A model generated the notes under the pieces. That model was not told where the DNA came from, searched no databases, and saw nothing but the letters and a program-made list of their open reading frames with translations. A stretch of DNA of 64,000 nt, taken from NCBI RefSeq assembly GCF_036321535.1, contig NC_087436.1, forward strand, positions 28,770,001 through 28,834,000, in the 5' to 3' direction. This DNA comes from Camelus dromedarius. Taxonomy: Eukaryota. A program made the translations under genes and the position numbers. Below, piece after piece: positions 1 through 13,490 of the stretch; the stretch's first letter is position 1, and every line of letters starts with the position of its first letter.

Positions 1-330
1 CTTAGGATCACCTCCTGTGGAAGGAAAGGCACCAGACTGGTCAGAGGGAGAAGCGGAGCTATGATGCAGTCCTAATTTTAGCCTCAGGGGACCCCACTTG
101 GAGCTCTGACTTGGAGATGGAAGTTCAGAGTGGTCTCTAGTTGAGGCAGGGGGGCCAGGTCTCTATGACACTGGCATTGACAGGTCTTTGGAGGTGGCCA
201 CCCATGGAAGCTGATTTAGTTTGTGGGGGGTAGTTGTCAGCTGAGGAGGGTGTGGACAGTGGGAGGCAGTCTGCTGGCAGCACTCCATGCTGAGGTTGTA
301 AGTCCTCTATTTCTGAATGGTCATCTGAGC
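1..330 (-). mobile_element. Old ERVL-type LTR fragment (LTR33-like), truncated by the window edge
   Basis: GC-richer block (cagagggagaag...tgatgcagtcc...gagctctg...ttgaggcaggggggccagg) resembling the reverse complement of LTR33 as recalled. Confidence 0.5.
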
Positions 331-1689
331 AGCACATCACAGAATCACAGAAATAAAATGATTTTGTTAAAGAAATTAAATCCACACGTGACAAAAGTGC
401 TATGCATGTGCATTGCTCTGAAGAGAAATAAATAAAACTAAGATCAGATTCTCAACTTTTTAAAACTTCTGTCTTAGAAAAAATATTTTAAAAGTGCTTA
501 AATTTTAAAAAAAAGAGACAAAAATGCCACTCAGTTGAAAGCATAGTGTGCAAAAATACATTTTAAATAGGATTGAATTTTGGGCAAAACTGTCTTAGAT
601 GAACTCATCTTTAGGTGAAATGACTTGAGGCTTGCTAGTAAGATGAAAGGGAGTATCTCTGCTGATTCCACATTTGCAGGTGGGTGCAACCAATCAGTAT
701 TTTTATCCCTAAAAAGGTGAGTACCTAATAAACAATTAATTATTGCTTTTGATGAATCTTTAAGAAATGTGCTATCCTAAATCAAAATAAACATAAAAAT
801 GACTGAAACATTATAAAGCCATGCTATACTGTGTCCTGGAGCAAGTCATTCGTATTTTTATTTCCTACATTTTTCACTTTGCAAAAATTGTTTCTTTGTC
901 AAAGTGAGTTAATTTTGTGAAAACACTTCAGAACCCAAAGATGAAGACTGAACAAGTGCACAGTACCAGTGTTTTTCATCCTTGCTATTAGATGCCTGTT
1001 CCTCTCTATTATTTAATCTGAGAAGGAAAGGTAGCATTCCATATCCCTGCTACTACGTTAGAAATAACTGTAATAACGCCTTTCAGTGGGAGTGCTAGAT
1101 GGGCAACAACTTTATTTAATGACTAGTAATCCATAATGCATCTCCTTACAATTGCTAATGAAATTACTACAATTTGAGCCTTGAGAATGTATGGATTCAA
1201 AGTGGTGACTGTTTGCTTAAACATTCAGAAGTAGTGAAAGAGAAAAACAATTAAAAAGAAAAAAAATAGAAAAATATTTTCACCTTTTAGTTTAAAACTC
1301 CTATGACAGATGTCACCACGCCTTCTGATTTTAGAGGTGTTAAAAGGGCACATGTGATTGTCACAACCACCTACATATACTCACTAACCAGTCATGCTCT
1401 GCAATTTTTCTTTATTTAAAGTTCACTTCAATTGTTTGACAGCAAATTTCCGTGGCAAATTGAGAACTATTCATGTTCTCTACCCATTCCTTTCTAATTC
1501 TGATTCCCTTGGGGAAGTAGAAAACAAAGATCAAGACACTAATCACCAAAATGGGTGAAAAAAGACCTGAATTATTTTTCACTAGTCAATCATCTCAGCA
1601 AAACTTCCCTAGCAGTGCCTTACTACTTTTATATATGAAATAGTCTGCAAGTATATTTTAAATTTGGTGAACAGGAAAAAATTATTAAA

Positions 1690-1885
1690 GAGATCTATGT
1701 TCCAATTCTGACTTCATTGCTTAGAACTAAATGAACACCTATGATTTAGTTATCTCCTGTGAGCTTCGTTTCACCCATTTTCAGATGAGGATGGCAGTAT
1801 CTGCTGTAGAGAACTGTTAGGAAGAGCGGATGGAACAGAATACAGAGGACTCCTAGCTGTGTGGGTCAAATGCTAACCACTTGAA
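1690..1885 (+). mobile_element. MIR SINE fragment
   Basis: MIR core-like text: tgtgagcttcgtttcacccattttcagatgaggatggcagtatctgctg. Confidence 0.55.
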
Positions 1886-2380
1886 AGTGTTCCTACTTTC
1901 TCTCATTTTTTACCCCTATTCATTCCTGCTTTAGTTGTTTATCTTTTGTATTTATTATACTATTTTCATGTTTGGCCCCTTGTCTCTGTCTCTCTTAACC
2001 ATCAGTGCTTTCTTATCTGGTCAGAGTTTCTATCTCTTGAATTTTACTATGAAATATTTTGTTACAACGTTTTATTTAGTGTTATACCTGCTTCTTTCCA
2101 TATCAAAAGACTCACTGTGATTTTTTTTTTTGTCTGTTTATTGCTTCAGATTCCTTCACTAGGTATTCATGTATTCATCTAACCAGTTCATTCATATATT
2201 CAATAGATTAAATAAGTAAATAAGCATATAAACCCTATTGTGTTCACAGCACTCGGTTAGCCACAGGTTTTACAGTGGGGATTGGAACACTCAACAGTGG
2301 GAGAGACAAAAACAAGCTTAATTTATATAAATATTTATATACCTTTTGAGATTGAGCAGAGTCCCTTAACTGTGATTAAG

Positions 2381-2609
2381 ACAGAGGTTTCCAGACATTC
2401 TTGGCTCATGGCACCACTACACAAAAAGAAACAACTAATAATTTTGTTCATTAATAGGTTAGCTCCAAAAAATTAACATGACTAGTCTGTTTGGTGTCTG
2501 GCAGATGTTGCTGTGGTCTAAACTAAGAAATTAAACTCCCCAGCGGTGACCCTGTGAGTTGGCTGTGGCACCACAGGGTACCCCAGGACACAGCAGTTTG
2601 AGAACCATG
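2381..2609. mobile_element. Non-autonomous hAT-Charlie-type DNA transposon (MER-like)
   Basis: Starts cagaggtttcc and ends cagtttgagaaccatg, resembling Charlie terminal inverted repeats; about 230 bp. Confidence 0.5.
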
Positions 2610-3084
2610 AGACTGAGCAGTAGGGAGGGATCTGCTTTGAGTGGAAGGTCACTCTGGGAATTTGATAGTGAAGACAAGATGTGAGCGGTAAGAAGAGCTC
2701 AACCTTACAATATTGCGAAAGTTGCTTTATCTACTCCCAATTGTATATGAATTTTATTCTCTTCAGCTAAATTGTACCTTTCATCATTTGCCAGTAACTC
2801 TCCAATTAAACACTGAAATAATATAGCAATTAAACTCCCTCCTCTGCAAAATGTTCTTCTATTAATTTACAGAGAGAAAAAATTTCTACTAATCCTACCT
2901 TGGCTAAGTGAGGCATTCAAGTTTCTGTTTTACATCCTAACTTACTAAATACCTCTGCAGGTGGTGTTTTTTACATTTTATAAGTAATTATTCTGTTCTT
3001 CACATCTGTACCTTATGGAAGTTTGGCACTTTAAACCTTTAATTGTCTCAAAGCACAGTGAGAAGAACATATTTTAAAAATATT

Positions 3085-4090
3085 TTTATTATATAAAATT
3101 TCATTATGGAAAATTTCAAACACATACCAAAATTAAGAGAATAATATAATGAATTATTATGTACTTGCCACCCAGTTTTTAAATTATCATTTTAAGACAT
3201 CTCTTGCTTTGAAGTAAATTGCAGACATCATCTGATGGCACCCACAGTACTGCTATTGTATCTTTAAATTTTAACAGTGGTATTTTAAGATCACCAAAAA
3301 TCTAGCTAGTATCCCTATTTATAAACCCTTATTTTAAAAACACTACTTTTCTGTGTGTTTGTTTAGATCAAGATCTAAATAAGTTCTATATGTTGTGATT
3401 GGCTGTTATGTCTCTCAAGCCTCTTTTTAATCTATAGGTTCCTCTTTTTTTTTATTCTTTTTTTGTTGAAGTATAGTGTAGGTTCCTCTTAATCGTCCTT
3501 TCCGTCCTTGTAACTTTGTCACAGAAGAAGCAGCATCACATTTTTTTCCCTAGAGTTTTCCACAGTATAGATTTTGCTGGTTGTGTTCCAGATCCTTTAT
3601 CTCTGACTTCTGATAAAAGGGTAGTTAGGTCTGGAAGCTTGAGCAGATTTAGTTTTGATCTTTTTATAAATTACTTCATTGGTGGGCTCTGCACCTCCAT
3701 CAGGTGATATACAATGTCGTGTCTCTCTTTAGAGAGCAGTCATTTCCCTGTGATCACCACAAAGAATGCTGACCCATTAGGGATGGGAAAGCCATGGCAC
3801 TCCAGCTCTGTCATTGCCTCCCCATTTGTCAGCCAAAAACTTCCAAAAAGAGAAATTTCCCTTTATAAACTTCCCATTAGCTGAAGTAAGTAAACAAATT
3901 AGTTCAGAGGTTTAGTTAGATTTTTCATTTATTTTTCAATTTTAAAATAAAGATTTGGTTTGCTATTTCCTCCAAATGTGACCAATAAGAGTTTCTTTAC
4001 TATGATATTATGGATTCATAGACTTAAACATACCTGTTATACTCCAATTTGAATTATGTTTATTGATGCTCAAATTCTATTTTTTACCAG
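3085..4090 (-). mobile_element. Ancient L1M 3' fragment
   Basis: ttattat...atggaaaatttcaaacacataccaaaattaagagaataatataatgaa is typical of the reverse complement of old L1ME 3' ends. Confidence 0.5.
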
Positions 4091-4379
4091 TTATGGTCAT
4101 TAGCTGTTGATATATTTTTTTCCTATATAACAAGATGTTCCAGGTTTTTAATTTTTTGTAGCAGATCCAGAATCTGCTGTTTCTTCTTATGGTGAGAAAT
4201 TATATTTAGAGATAACAGATTAAGTATTAGGTTCTGTGCAACATTGTTATCAAAAACAAAAATAAAGACAAGAAAATATTTACCAACTGTTTGGTGAAGG
4301 AAAGCAGGGAAGGTAAACATTAATGGAGAATTATCTCAGGTGCTGAAATGAAGAGCCCTAACAATATGAAGTTTATTAC

Positions 4380-5030
4380 ACATGAAAGAAACCTCTGAAC
4401 TCATGTCTGAGAAAACAGTCTCCACATGGAAAAGCTCTGGTATCAGTTAGCATGTAAAAGACTCAGCAGCTCTATTTGACTGTTAGCTCAAAGTCATCAG
4501 AGTGGTAAGGCTGCCAGCCAAGCCAATGGGATCACTGGCTGCAAAGTGAAATTACTGCCAAATTCAAATCATTGGAGACGATGGTTCAATTAATGTCTTT
4601 GCTGCATGTATTGCACCTATTGAATTTAACTGAGATTCAGCTCCTAGTTGAAATGTTGGTGACTGGAGAGGAGTAACCAGAATGGAGAAATCTTTTGAAA
4701 GTACATCTTGTAAAGAAAATGGGAGAAAATAGATCCATCAGCCAAGTAAAGACAGGATCCTAAGGAGAACCAGCAACACCGTAAGAATTTGGAAGTCTGG
4801 ACTGTATAGGAGTGGATTTTATAGTTTGTGTAGATCTACAGGATAGAGGGAATATTCTAGAATGATTAAAGGCAGACAGTTTTGTTTTATAAGACTCACC
4901 TACGCATTAGAGCTTATCAAACATGAATGAACTAACTTGGGACATAATGGGTTTCCTGTCACTAAAAAAATGAAATGTGTGAAAGTCTGAATGCTAGCGA
5001 TTGGAGTTAATGTATAAGACATTCCAACAA
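4380..5030 (+). mobile_element. L3/CR1 LINE 3' fragment
   Basis: aaaagactcagcag...ttgactgttagctcaaag...ggctgccagccaagccaatgggatc...ggctgca matches the recalled L3 ORF2 3' region. Confidence 0.6.
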
Positions 5031-5114
5031 CTAACTGCAAGATTGTGTTTCTATTATTTGAAAAAAGAATTTTGGGACAAACTTGAAAAGTCCCTAAAGC
5101 ATTTCTTTAAGTAA

Positions 5115-5725
5115 CTCTTTTTAATTCTTCAGATAAAAGTTATATGTAACATATGCACAGAAAAGTGTGCAGATCATAAATGTATAGCTTGATGACTTTT
5201 TACAAAGTGAACATACGCACATTAACACCATGCAGAAAAGGAATAAAACAGTTCCAGCAACCCAGACACCTCACTTGGGATATTAATATATATTGCCTGT
5301 TAACATACTTCCAGAAGCTAGTCACTATTTTAATTTCTATCACCATAGGCTAGTTTTACAATTTTGGTACTTGATGTAAATGGTATTATATAGAAAGTAT
5401 TTGGTGTGTCTGGCTTCTCTGGATCAGTATTACCTGGGGGATTCATTTATGTTACTGCATCTAGCAAAGATGGTTCCTTTTAATTGCTCAATTGTATTCC
5501 ATTATTCCATTTTACATTCCATATATGCACATTCTGTTTGCTTCCAGTTTGGGGCAATTATGAACAAAGATATTATAATCAATCTTGTACATATCTTTTG
5601 TGCGTGAATATGCACATATCTGTTGGTACATCTCTAGGGGTGAAACTACTGACTCTGTAAGTTCCACATTATTAGGGATCGCTAAACAATTGTTCTCAGT
5701 GGGAATACTCATCTCTCTCAAACTG
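5115..5725 (-). mobile_element. Old L1M 3' end fragment
   Basis: gaaaagtgtgcagatcataaatgtatagcttgatgactttttacaaagtgaac and tgtttgcttccagtttggggcaattatgaacaaag are antisense L1 3' UTR/ORF2-end text. Confidence 0.7.
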
Positions 5726-7566
5726 CTCAATCATACTTTTAAAAGTTGGCAGATATATATATATGAATAGAAAGGTTGTTCATTTATGCAATAACTGCCC
5801 TTAGATCTCAGCAATTGGAGCCCCTGCCTTAGGTTTCACCTTGACTGATCCAGTCACATTTCTATCCACAAGGGTAGAGAATTTGTCTACTAGGAAATGG
5901 AATCTTCCATCTTCCAGATGGAACCTGGGAACATGGACTTGTCTAAACTGCCTGAAACAACTTTCAGGCTTAAAACTCAATTTTAGGTCTTTGTCCCTTA
6001 TCTTGATTCAATTAGTTTTTTGATACCAAGATTCAAAAAAGTCTACTGCTCAGCTCACTACATATCATTTTATTTTTTATTTCATTGCATTTCAATAGAA
6101 CTTATTCTTAAAAGTTATAAATTCTAAAAAGGCACCCAATGCAACCAAGCCAAACCTTTTCATCAATTTTTATCTCATTTATCTTTTATATTATTAATAT
6201 CTATATTCAAAATGACTACAAATAATATTCATTTGTCCTTTTCATGAATGATACAAACCCTAAGTTATATAGACAAATAAAAACTAACAGCAGGAAAAGG
6301 AGGAAAAGCCAAGTGCTACATTTGACTGCAGGTGGATGAGGTGACCACCAAAGCCCAGAATGGTCATTACAAAGCAACCTTCTAGACTATGGACTCTTCT
6401 TTTCCCCATGTTTTATAGTCTTTTGTCTTTTGCCTTATTTTGTGCTTGCTGTTTCAAAGGGTAATCTTGGACCTCTCTGCTCTCTGGCTGTAAGATAGTG
6501 AGAATCTGCTTCTTACACGCTGAATTATGTAGCTGACATGTACTGGAAGTTGGGGGGAATATAGTTTAGAAATTAAATGTGATAAGGGAGACATTTAAGA
6601 ATGGAAAGTTTTCTGAATTTTTATTCATAATCATCAGATGGTTCACTCAATGATTATTATTTTTTGCCTTAAAGCAGTCTTACCTATATATATAACAAAG
6701 ATATATACACATATCTTTCCCTCAAAAGAATATACTTTACATCATTTTAACAATGTTTTGAAAACAGAAGACCATCAAAACACTCATGTTTTTCAAGCTA
6801 TGAATGTTAACATAGATATCATTAAATCGAAGGACTACTAAAAAGTTTAAAATTTGCTCTAACATTAACACTAATTTAAATGCTTTTTTGTTAACAGAGA
6901 TATCTGAAAAATGAAACCAAGTCCACTAATTGACTTATAATTTTCATACATTGTGGGTAATATATAGACTTGCAAACTTTAGATAACTTTCTTTCTTTAT
7001 ACAGCTAATATTGAAAATGGATTCTCTTCAGTAAAGGAATAAACAATTAAGAAGTTATTGGCACCTGACTAATTTGAATAATCAAGAAACTTTTTTTAAA
7101 GGTTTATTGAGACATAACCATAAAGTGTAAACATCTTAAATGCACAAATTGATTAATTTTTAAATCTGCATATAACTGTATGTGAAGCAGAGTTATATTC
7201 CACTATGAGGAACAGTAATGGTCAGATTGTATTGATGGGTCCATAGCTGAATATTACATATTTATTTTTATATCTAGAAGTTGATAATTTTCCCTAGATG
7301 CTATCACCAATTGAGGTGAAGTTTTAAATTTCTATTATTGATTTATCTTCACTGGCTTTACTTTTAAGCTCCATATAATCAGTTTTGTCTATATAAGTTA
7401 TTTTAAAGGACCAATTAAAATACAACTGAACTATAATGGCACCATAAAGTTTTTTTATTCTAATTAGTCTTAAGTGACTCCCTTTTTTAATATAAGCTGT
7501 TCAGATGAGTACTGATAGCCAAATTCAGAGTGAAGATTTAAAATGCACAAGCTGTACCCCCTCTAA

Positions 7567-7598
7567 CACACACAAACACACACACACACGCACACACA
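7567..7598. repeat. Interrupted (CA)n microsatellite
   Basis: Seen directly. Confidence 0.9.
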
Positions 7599-7599
7599 G

Positions 7600-8475
7600 A
7601 AATTTCAAAATCATTTCCTGATGTCAAATCTTTGTCAAAGACACCATTCTTCACTCAGTTGCTCAAGCAAAACACCAAGGATTCAACCAAGATCGCTTTC
7701 TCTCAGCTCCATATAACAAACGCATCACTAGGTTCTATCCATCATAGCTCTTTCTCCTGAAACTATTTGTTTCTCTCTTATCCTGTTTTTATTACACAGT
7801 CTCAGGAAATACTATCTTTCACTTAGGCTCCCAGAATAGTGAATTTCCTCTACCTGTTCACCTGGCTTTCCTTGAATTCTTCACACAACTTCTAGAGATT
7901 TTTTTTTTCAAATTTAAATCTGATCATGTCATACCAGGGCTTAAAATTCTTTAGCAGCTTCTCATGGCTAATGGAATTATGACCAAAATTAACATGACCT
8001 ATAAGTTTTTATGATTTGATCTTTGCCTACCTCAACATCCTCATCAATCTTTGCTCTTTTTCTGTCTGCACACTGACCTTTTAGTCCCTCTTCCTTGCCA
8101 TGCACATTTTAATCTTTGTCCACATCTTTTCTCTGCCTGGGATGGACGTTTCTTCCAGACAACCAGTTAGACATCAGCCAAAACGTAATATTTTCAGGGA
8201 AATCTTCTTGGACCTCTGTACCTAAGTCTATCCCTGAGTTATTGACTCTTATATAACCAAGTATATACCATTTATTATAGTTACTTTTTTACATGTTTAT
8301 GAATATTTAATCAATTTTCTCCATCATATTATAAGCACGGTGCAGATTGGTCTGTTTATTTTTATTCACCAGTTTAACCTCACTTAAGCTAGCAATTAAA
8401 ACATTGTCTGGCATGTGGTACAGACCTCAGTAAGTATTTGTTCACTAACAGAATAAGTGAATGGATTGTTGAATA
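7600..8475 (+). mobile_element. L2 LINE 3' fragment
   Basis: aaatctgatcatgtca...ttaaaattctttagcagcttctcatggc and the L2-type end ctggcatgtggtacagacctcagtaagtatttgtt...gaataagtgaatgg. Confidence 0.75.
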
Positions 8476-8739
8476 AATCATCTAACAAATTATCTCAACA
8501 AACAAAAATAAAATGTAATGGTGAAAATCACAAAGCTCATGAGAGCAAATTTCTAGTAAATATCTATTAATTGCCTACCATGGAACAGACACTACAGTGG
8601 GATAGGTGCCATGACAGTGTATTCAGTGTTGAAAATGAATAGTTACTGTCTTTTTATATTTAACTTCTTTTTAGAAATAACAATTGGGCAATAACAAATG
8701 AACGCAAAACTGCCATGTTGCTTTTTTTATGTATTAATC

Positions 8740-9000
8740 TGTTGTGGTAAAGTGAAAACAGTCAATCTAATAACTCTTTATGTAGTTATTGAGAAATGAT
8801 TTTCAGTGTCATTTCTGCTACTTACTTGCTCTCTGTCAATGTTAATTCAAACCAGTCAACTTACTTGCTTTACAGTTAAGTTTCCTATTTAAAATGTGTA
8901 TGATGCACTATGTCACATTGGATTGCAGTGAGGATTAAATGAGATACATACAAAAATGCATAGCATAGAAAAAAATTTAGCTTCATAAGTGTTAGTTTAA
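8740..9000 (+). mobile_element. MIR SINE
   Basis: agtttcctattttaaaatg...ggattgcagtgaggattaaatgagat is the MIR core. Confidence 0.65.
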
Positions 9001-9500
9001 TTAAATGAATACTTAAGTGTAATTTACCAGTGTAATACAACACAGAGTAACACATGCTGGAAACTCAAATCTACATACATAAATTAATATTTTCTAGTCT
9101 CATGATATTTTATACAAGCTACTATCATCAATTTGTGTATGGTTCACCCTAATCAAAGGGAAATAGGGATATTTTTATATGGTGGCTTGAACATACTCAA
9201 CATATTTGTGTTCCAATCAATACCCTTATGTATACATCCTCTCTAGTTCCAAATAATGCTTTTACAGTAAATCTTATTAAAAAAAGAGACCTTATTTTTA
9301 ATATGTCTCTGGACAGTAAAAATATGTTCTTTGGTTGACCTGTTAAAGCAAATAATAGAATACGACCAAGCCAATGCTTTTGACAAGTTGGTTTTGCTAA
9401 ACATTCCATTAATTTAAATAATTATATCATAAAGTGAATTACTCCTTTTAGCAACTAATGGAATTTAAATATCAAGATTTGTCCTGTAAATTTCAATGTG

Positions 9501-9852
9501 CAGCTGGCCTTCTTTATCTGCGGGTACTGCATCCACAGATTCAACCAATCTTGGATTAAAGATATTCTTTAAAAAAACAAAAAGCCAGAAAGTTCCAAAA
9601 AGCAAAATTTGAATTTGCAGGATGCTGGCAACTTTATACATAGCATTGACATTGTATTTACAAATATTTACATACATTTGCAGGGTATCAGGTATGATAA
9701 GTAATCTAGAGATAATTTAAAGTATACTGGAGGATGTGCATAGATCATATGCAAATACTACACCATTTTATATAAAGGACTTGAGCATTCTCACATTTTG
9801 TAATCCACAGAGGGTCCTGGAACCAACCCCAACTGATACTCAGGGAGAACTT
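9501..9852 (-). mobile_element. MER2-family TcMar-Tigger DNA transposon
   Basis: The reverse complement matches recalled MER2 (ggttccaggacc...gctcaagtcc.ttatataaaa.tgg.gtagtatttgcatat...tttaaat.atctctagattacttat), with degenerate TIRs cagctggcct / agggagaact. Confidence 0.85.
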
Positions 9853-9989
9853 AGTGTGGAAAGAAAATCAAACTAGCAACAAGAGACAGGCTTTTATTCA
9901 TATGTGTGCTTAGTATATATGAATGTATATACATGTGTGAAGATCTATCTATTTTCCTAGCTATCTATCATCTATCTGGTTTATATTAA

Positions 9990-10620
9990 ATATGTTATAA
10001 CTCCTTATTATGGGTATATAAAAATGCAATTGAGTTTTTCATTGTAATCCTATATTGCTATATTCGCATATATATTCTTGTAATTTGTCAGGAAATTATC
10101 TTGGATTTCATAAGTAGGCACCATATCATCAGTGCCCAAGAATATGTTTTTCTTTGAATATACTTATTTTTTAATTTCTTAAATCATGTTTTCTTCCCTG
10201 TATTTTCTAGGTCCTTTAGTAATTGCTGGAGAGAAGTAGTAAAAACAGACATCTCTATTATCCTCTTTCATAAATTGTTTTATGTATTTTTCTCTCTACG
10301 TTCTATTTTGGTTGAGTTTTTTTAGCAATACCACTCAGATGATGAATGACCCCACATTTATTTCATATAGTCATTGAATTTTTAATTCCAATGATTATAT
10401 TTTATATGTTTAAAATTCTACTTAATCCTTGTTCATAGGTTTCTAATCAATTTTGATAATCTCTTGTTCCTTATTCATGTCTATAATTCCCTCTATTTCT
10501 CTTTACATATTAGAAATATTATTTTGTATGCAGTATATTATAGATCCAATATCTTAAGCTCTTGTGGTTATAGTCTCATGGTGGTTTTCTAAATTGTTAA
10601 TTTTGAAATTATGAATTGTC
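9990..10620 (-). mobile_element. Highly diverged L1M fragment(s)
   Basis: T-rich antisense L1-like text (ttttctaggtcctttagtaattgctggagagaagtagtaaaaacagacatctc). Confidence 0.45.
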
Positions 10621-11399
10621 ACTACATACCTATATCTAAATCTGTATGTATATATTCCTTTCTATGATTTTTTGTATTTTATAGAAATCTGCTTCCCTAC
10701 TGAATTCAGCTAAATCCTATTTTATATTTCACATGAAAAATGTGATTTTTTTAATAACTTATTTATGTTTGTTTATTCTAGGAACTTACTGTAGCATTAA
10801 TATTCTAACCTGGTGAGGATTCAAGTAATGTCATCTAGCTTCCCTTACTTGAGATATGTCCTCTTTATGTGAACCTTGCTTTTCCAAAATCAAGGTATCC
10901 ATGCATATGGAAATAGAAATAAATTGCTATTATAAGCAATTCTTTACAAAGCAAACATAGATAAAGACTAACTGAGTTCTATTCTTCAGCTTCTTCGGTT
11001 TGACTGCCATTTAGAGTAGAACTACGAGCTTCAGAGTACTAAATGCGGTCAGCATCGGTAAAATTTAACTACCTGAAGAGAGTGCTTTGTACGAAATCAA
11101 GGGCACTGGATAAAAAGGGACCTTTAAATGTCCTGAAAATGTCTCTTTAAAAAGATTCTAAGATGATCAGCAACAACCAATGACAAGCAAAGAGGGGAAG
11201 GTAACATTTTGTTAAGCTTTATATGGCGATCTGAATTGAAATTCTAAAGATATTTTTTCTAGTGAAATCAATTTGGATTTGTCAAATTGCTTTACTATTT
11301 CTGCCTCTAACATTTTTGTGAAAGTGTTTATGAAAAATCTTATTGTATACACTCATATTTGTACTTTTCTCAATAAATTATAAGTAGATGTTTTTGAAT

Positions 11400-11602
11400 G
11401 TGTATAAATGTGTATAATTCTGTGTATATATAGACATATATACATATGCATATACTTGTACATTATATATACATATATATTTATATATATCAATATATAC
11501 ATACATATTCTTTTTGAAGAATTGTAGTTGGTTCAGGTCAAACTAAGATTTGAACACAGGTTTGTGTATGTATGTCTATGTGTGTTTGTGTGTGTGTGTG
11601 TG
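11400..11602. repeat. (TA)-rich low-complexity tract followed by (TG)n
   Basis: Seen directly. Confidence 0.85.
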
Positions 11603-13124
11603 TATCTTGATTTCTGGCCCATACCAACTCTTCTACTATGGAAAAGTTGTTTTTCATTGTGAATCTCAGATTTTAGAATCTTAAAAATAATTATAAGAAT
11701 ATTTACTACACGTTTGTTGGTAGACCAAAAGAACACAAAGGCATTAACATATGTACAAAGGCATGTGAACAATAATAAATTACCATAACACTATAAAAAC
11801 ATTACTTTTCAGCAGAGTGATGGACTGGAAGGCTATATGACAAGAAGATATCTGACATGCTTTGCATTAAGGACTCTTCCATGGTCACAGAATGAAGTAA
11901 TGGCAACATTGAGAAGCTTTGAATTTCCAGTCTCCTTTTGTATCACCAACTCAGAATAACATTACTCAGAACATGTTTCTTGATAATTGCCATTTAGAAA
12001 GATAAGCTGTGTTTATTGGATGAATTATTCCTCTTTGAAGCAGTAATGTGCACTTGAATGTGTGGTTAGTTAATATCAGTATGTGTTACAGCTCTAAGGT
12101 CTAGAAAAATACCCCACTGAAATCAAATAAAATCTACCTGATTTATGTGCCAGACAGTTAAATAAGACTCACAATGATTTTAGCAGCTTTACTGATGCTC
12201 AGATTTACAGACAATCGAATTTCTACAGCAGAATCTTCCTGACAATAAAATTTAGTGATAAAGTAGGAAACGTGGTTAGCACTAAGAAGGATATTGTTAA
12301 GAAGAAGAGAAATTGAAATTTGTTACGGCAGCAACAGAAAGATTCAGTGTGAGTTAAGTTAGTCATCTAGGGAGACAGAAAAAGAGACCTAAGTAAATGT
12401 TTAGAATGATATTAATCTTGCAAAAACAGAGGGTAGGGTGTAACCTGGGGATATTATAGTAATTACTAGTCTGAAATTAAAAGTTCAGGGTCTGGCAGCT
12501 ATAATGAAGGAAAGTAAAATCCCAGGATATATGTATTTTTTAAAAAGGTAATTAAAAATCAAGTAGATAATAGACCTTGTTCACATAGCATGGCAGCACT
12601 AATCACCGTTTCAATATTAAACTGATTTGAAGTATTGTTCTTTTTCCCCCCTCCTCACACAGATAAAACCTTAAAAGATGGTGTTAAATAATCAGAAATG
12701 TATAGAATGAAAATGCAACAACATACTGACCAGGCGTCATTAAGAGCTATTTCTCAGACTACTCTGATAGCCCGAGCATGGGTTTGAGTCCAAGCTTTTT
12801 TCTGATGTGCGTGATAAAAGCCTCCAGTATATGTGTTATTATTCTAACAGTACAGCTACCATATTTCAAAATTCAGAAACATTCATTAGAATGTATTCTA
12901 CTTGAATATCAAAGTTGGTTTTTCTTAGGTATTTATTCATGAAATTGCCTTAACTAAGGAGTAGTCTCTGGATTCTATGGACTTAACTGATACTTTTCTG
13001 AAAGTATAATTGTATTTTAAGTTAAATATAAATAATTTCAGAGATCCAAATTATAACCCCCTTAAAAGCATTACACACTTGTGACAGATATTTAATTTGG
13101 AGCTGAACTGTTTCTCAAAAACAC

Positions 13125-13490
13125 GTGTTCACTTCAACAAATATTTACTGAGTACTCTATCACAGACCTGAGTAGCTGTGACAGTGCATGGATGAAAGGT
13201 TGAAGGCCAAGCTCTCCAAAGGATTACTTTGCAGGAGAGACAAGCATTCATTGAGTGTTTTCTTTGAGAAGAGAACACTGATGGTAAAGCAAGGTGGGCA
13301 CAGGCTTTGATGCTGGACCTAATTTTTGAATTCTGTCTGAGCCCTGTGTAGGTAGTGAGTTTGGTTGATTACATGGAAGCTCTGAGTTTCACTTTCCTCT
13401 TTTGTAAACTAGGGCTAATACTTGTGTTAGAATATTAATATCTGTAAAACTTGACATTACATAAAGACCCAATGAATGCTCTTTGCTGCT
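13125..13490. mobile_element. L2 3' end (minus) followed by MIR (plus)
   Basis: ttcaacaaatatttactgagtactct is an antisense L2 end; ctctgagtttcactttcctcttttgtaaactagggctaatac is the MIR core. Confidence 0.65.

Noticed and set aside
12640..12790. Strong polypyrimidine tract plus AG acceptor at about 12662
   Set aside because: All three frames stop within about 30 nt and the downstream donor is weak.
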